Notes under the pieces: model-generated
Seen by the model: only the letters and a program-made list of their open reading frames with translations
Told to the model about the DNA's origin: nothing
Databases searched by the model: none
Origin: Cirrosporium novae-zelandiae
Taxonomy: Eukaryota
Assembly (NCBI GenBank): GCA_026023565.1
Contig: JAPETS010000016.1
Coordinates: 186,001 to 250,000, forward strand
Direction: 5' to 3'
Length of the DNA: 64,000 nt
In this document: positions 63,042 through 64,000 of the stretch, in pieces
How positions within the stretch are numbered: the stretch's first letter is position 1
How the letters are laid out: each line of letters begins with the position of its first letter
Translations under genes and position numbers: made by a program

Positions 63042-64000
63042 TTGTGGGAGGGTTTTATTTAGGGTTGGAGTTGGGGGTAATGGTTTACATGTTTGGGGAT
63101 GGGGAGAGGGGATGGGATAATAAGGGAGGGGGTAGGAGATAAGGTAAATAAGATCATATAATTAGTCTAGCTAAATTTTGTATCTAATTAATCCTTCTCC
63201 ATTAATTAATTAATTAATGATTCCATCATACCGTCACTGTCACTGTCACCCCCAAAAATACAAAATACAAAATCCCTACTAACATACATAACTCCTACAC
63301 TAGCTACCCCCCTACCCAAAAAGAATCCCTATCTATTATACCCCCTCCTATGACCCCTACTATCCATCCTCATCTTATATCTCATTAATTTTATATTTTA
63401 TATTTAATCTCAATTCCCCATCTTACTCACCATCCCTATCCTATCCCATCCCTCCTCCTCCTCCTCCTTTCCTTACTCTCTCCAGTCTCATATCCAGCCC
63501 TAGAATTGAGCAAAGAGAAAGGAGAAAGGAAAAAAAGGGGGGGTAAAATGTTGAGATGTTGGGGGCTTGTATATGTACGGCATTTGGTTGGAATTGGAAT
63601 TGGAATTGAGATTGGGATTTAGAATGGAGGATGGAGGATGTAGGATGGGGGTAATTAATTAGGTAGGTAGGTAAGAGAGGGAATGAGGGGATGAAGAGGT
63701 TCTTTCTCTTTCCTGATGTTCTGATGTTATTCATGTGTAGATGAGTAGTAGTATGTGAAAAGGCCGTTTAGTTTTTTTGATGGGCGGTGGGGAGTAAGTA
63801 ATTAATTGATTAACTAGTTAGGTAAGGTAGGTAGGTAGGTACCTAGATAACTTCTTTCTTTTAGGGGCTTAGGGATAATGGTTGAGGGAGGCTCTTTCCT
63901 GATGTCATGTGCAATACAATACAATACAATACAATTGTAACGAACGAACCCGAGAAGGGTGTTTGTTTACTTGTTTGGTTTTTGGTTTTTGGCTTTTTGG

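Noticed and set aside
1..64000. tRNA, rRNA, CRISPR arrays, intact transposons or telomeric repeats
   Set aside because: No cloverleaf, rRNA-like sequence, repeat-spacer array, transposase/RT ORF, LTR/TIR pair or (TTAGGG)n array was seen by eye. A tRNAscan/RepeatMasker run would be needed to exclude them formally.

Overview
This window is filamentous-ascomycete (Pezizomycotina-like) nuclear DNA with short GT-AG introns and CTAAC/CTGAC branch points. It holds about 20 intact genes: an I9-type protease inhibitor, a laccase-like multicopper oxidase, YME2, an Emi1-like protein, cytosolic HSP70, TRS65, glutamate synthase GLT1, an ENA-type P-ATPase, RPN13, RPL6, a secreted PEBP-like protein, a DHA1 MFS transporter, a Ubl-WLM protease, BAT1, a CDF zinc transporter, a complex I 21.3 kDa subunit, a conserved hypothetical protein, ECT1 and a dienelactone hydrolase. 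The standout feature is a 648-aa intein in GLT1 (26638-28581). It splits the [3Fe-4S] Cys motif, keeps both LAGLIDADG motifs, carries a ~213-aa unexplained insertion and ends in a non-canonical Glu-Asn. There are two pseudogenes (Clr5-domain and a second BCAT) whose stop codons fit CpA->TpA (RIP-like) mutation. Also noted are a long, highly structured RPN13 intron, a PacC-site cluster upstream of ENA, and a recurring C-rich to G-rich switch at gene 3' ends next to low-complexity islands. Gene names come from recognising motifs by eye; no database searches were run.
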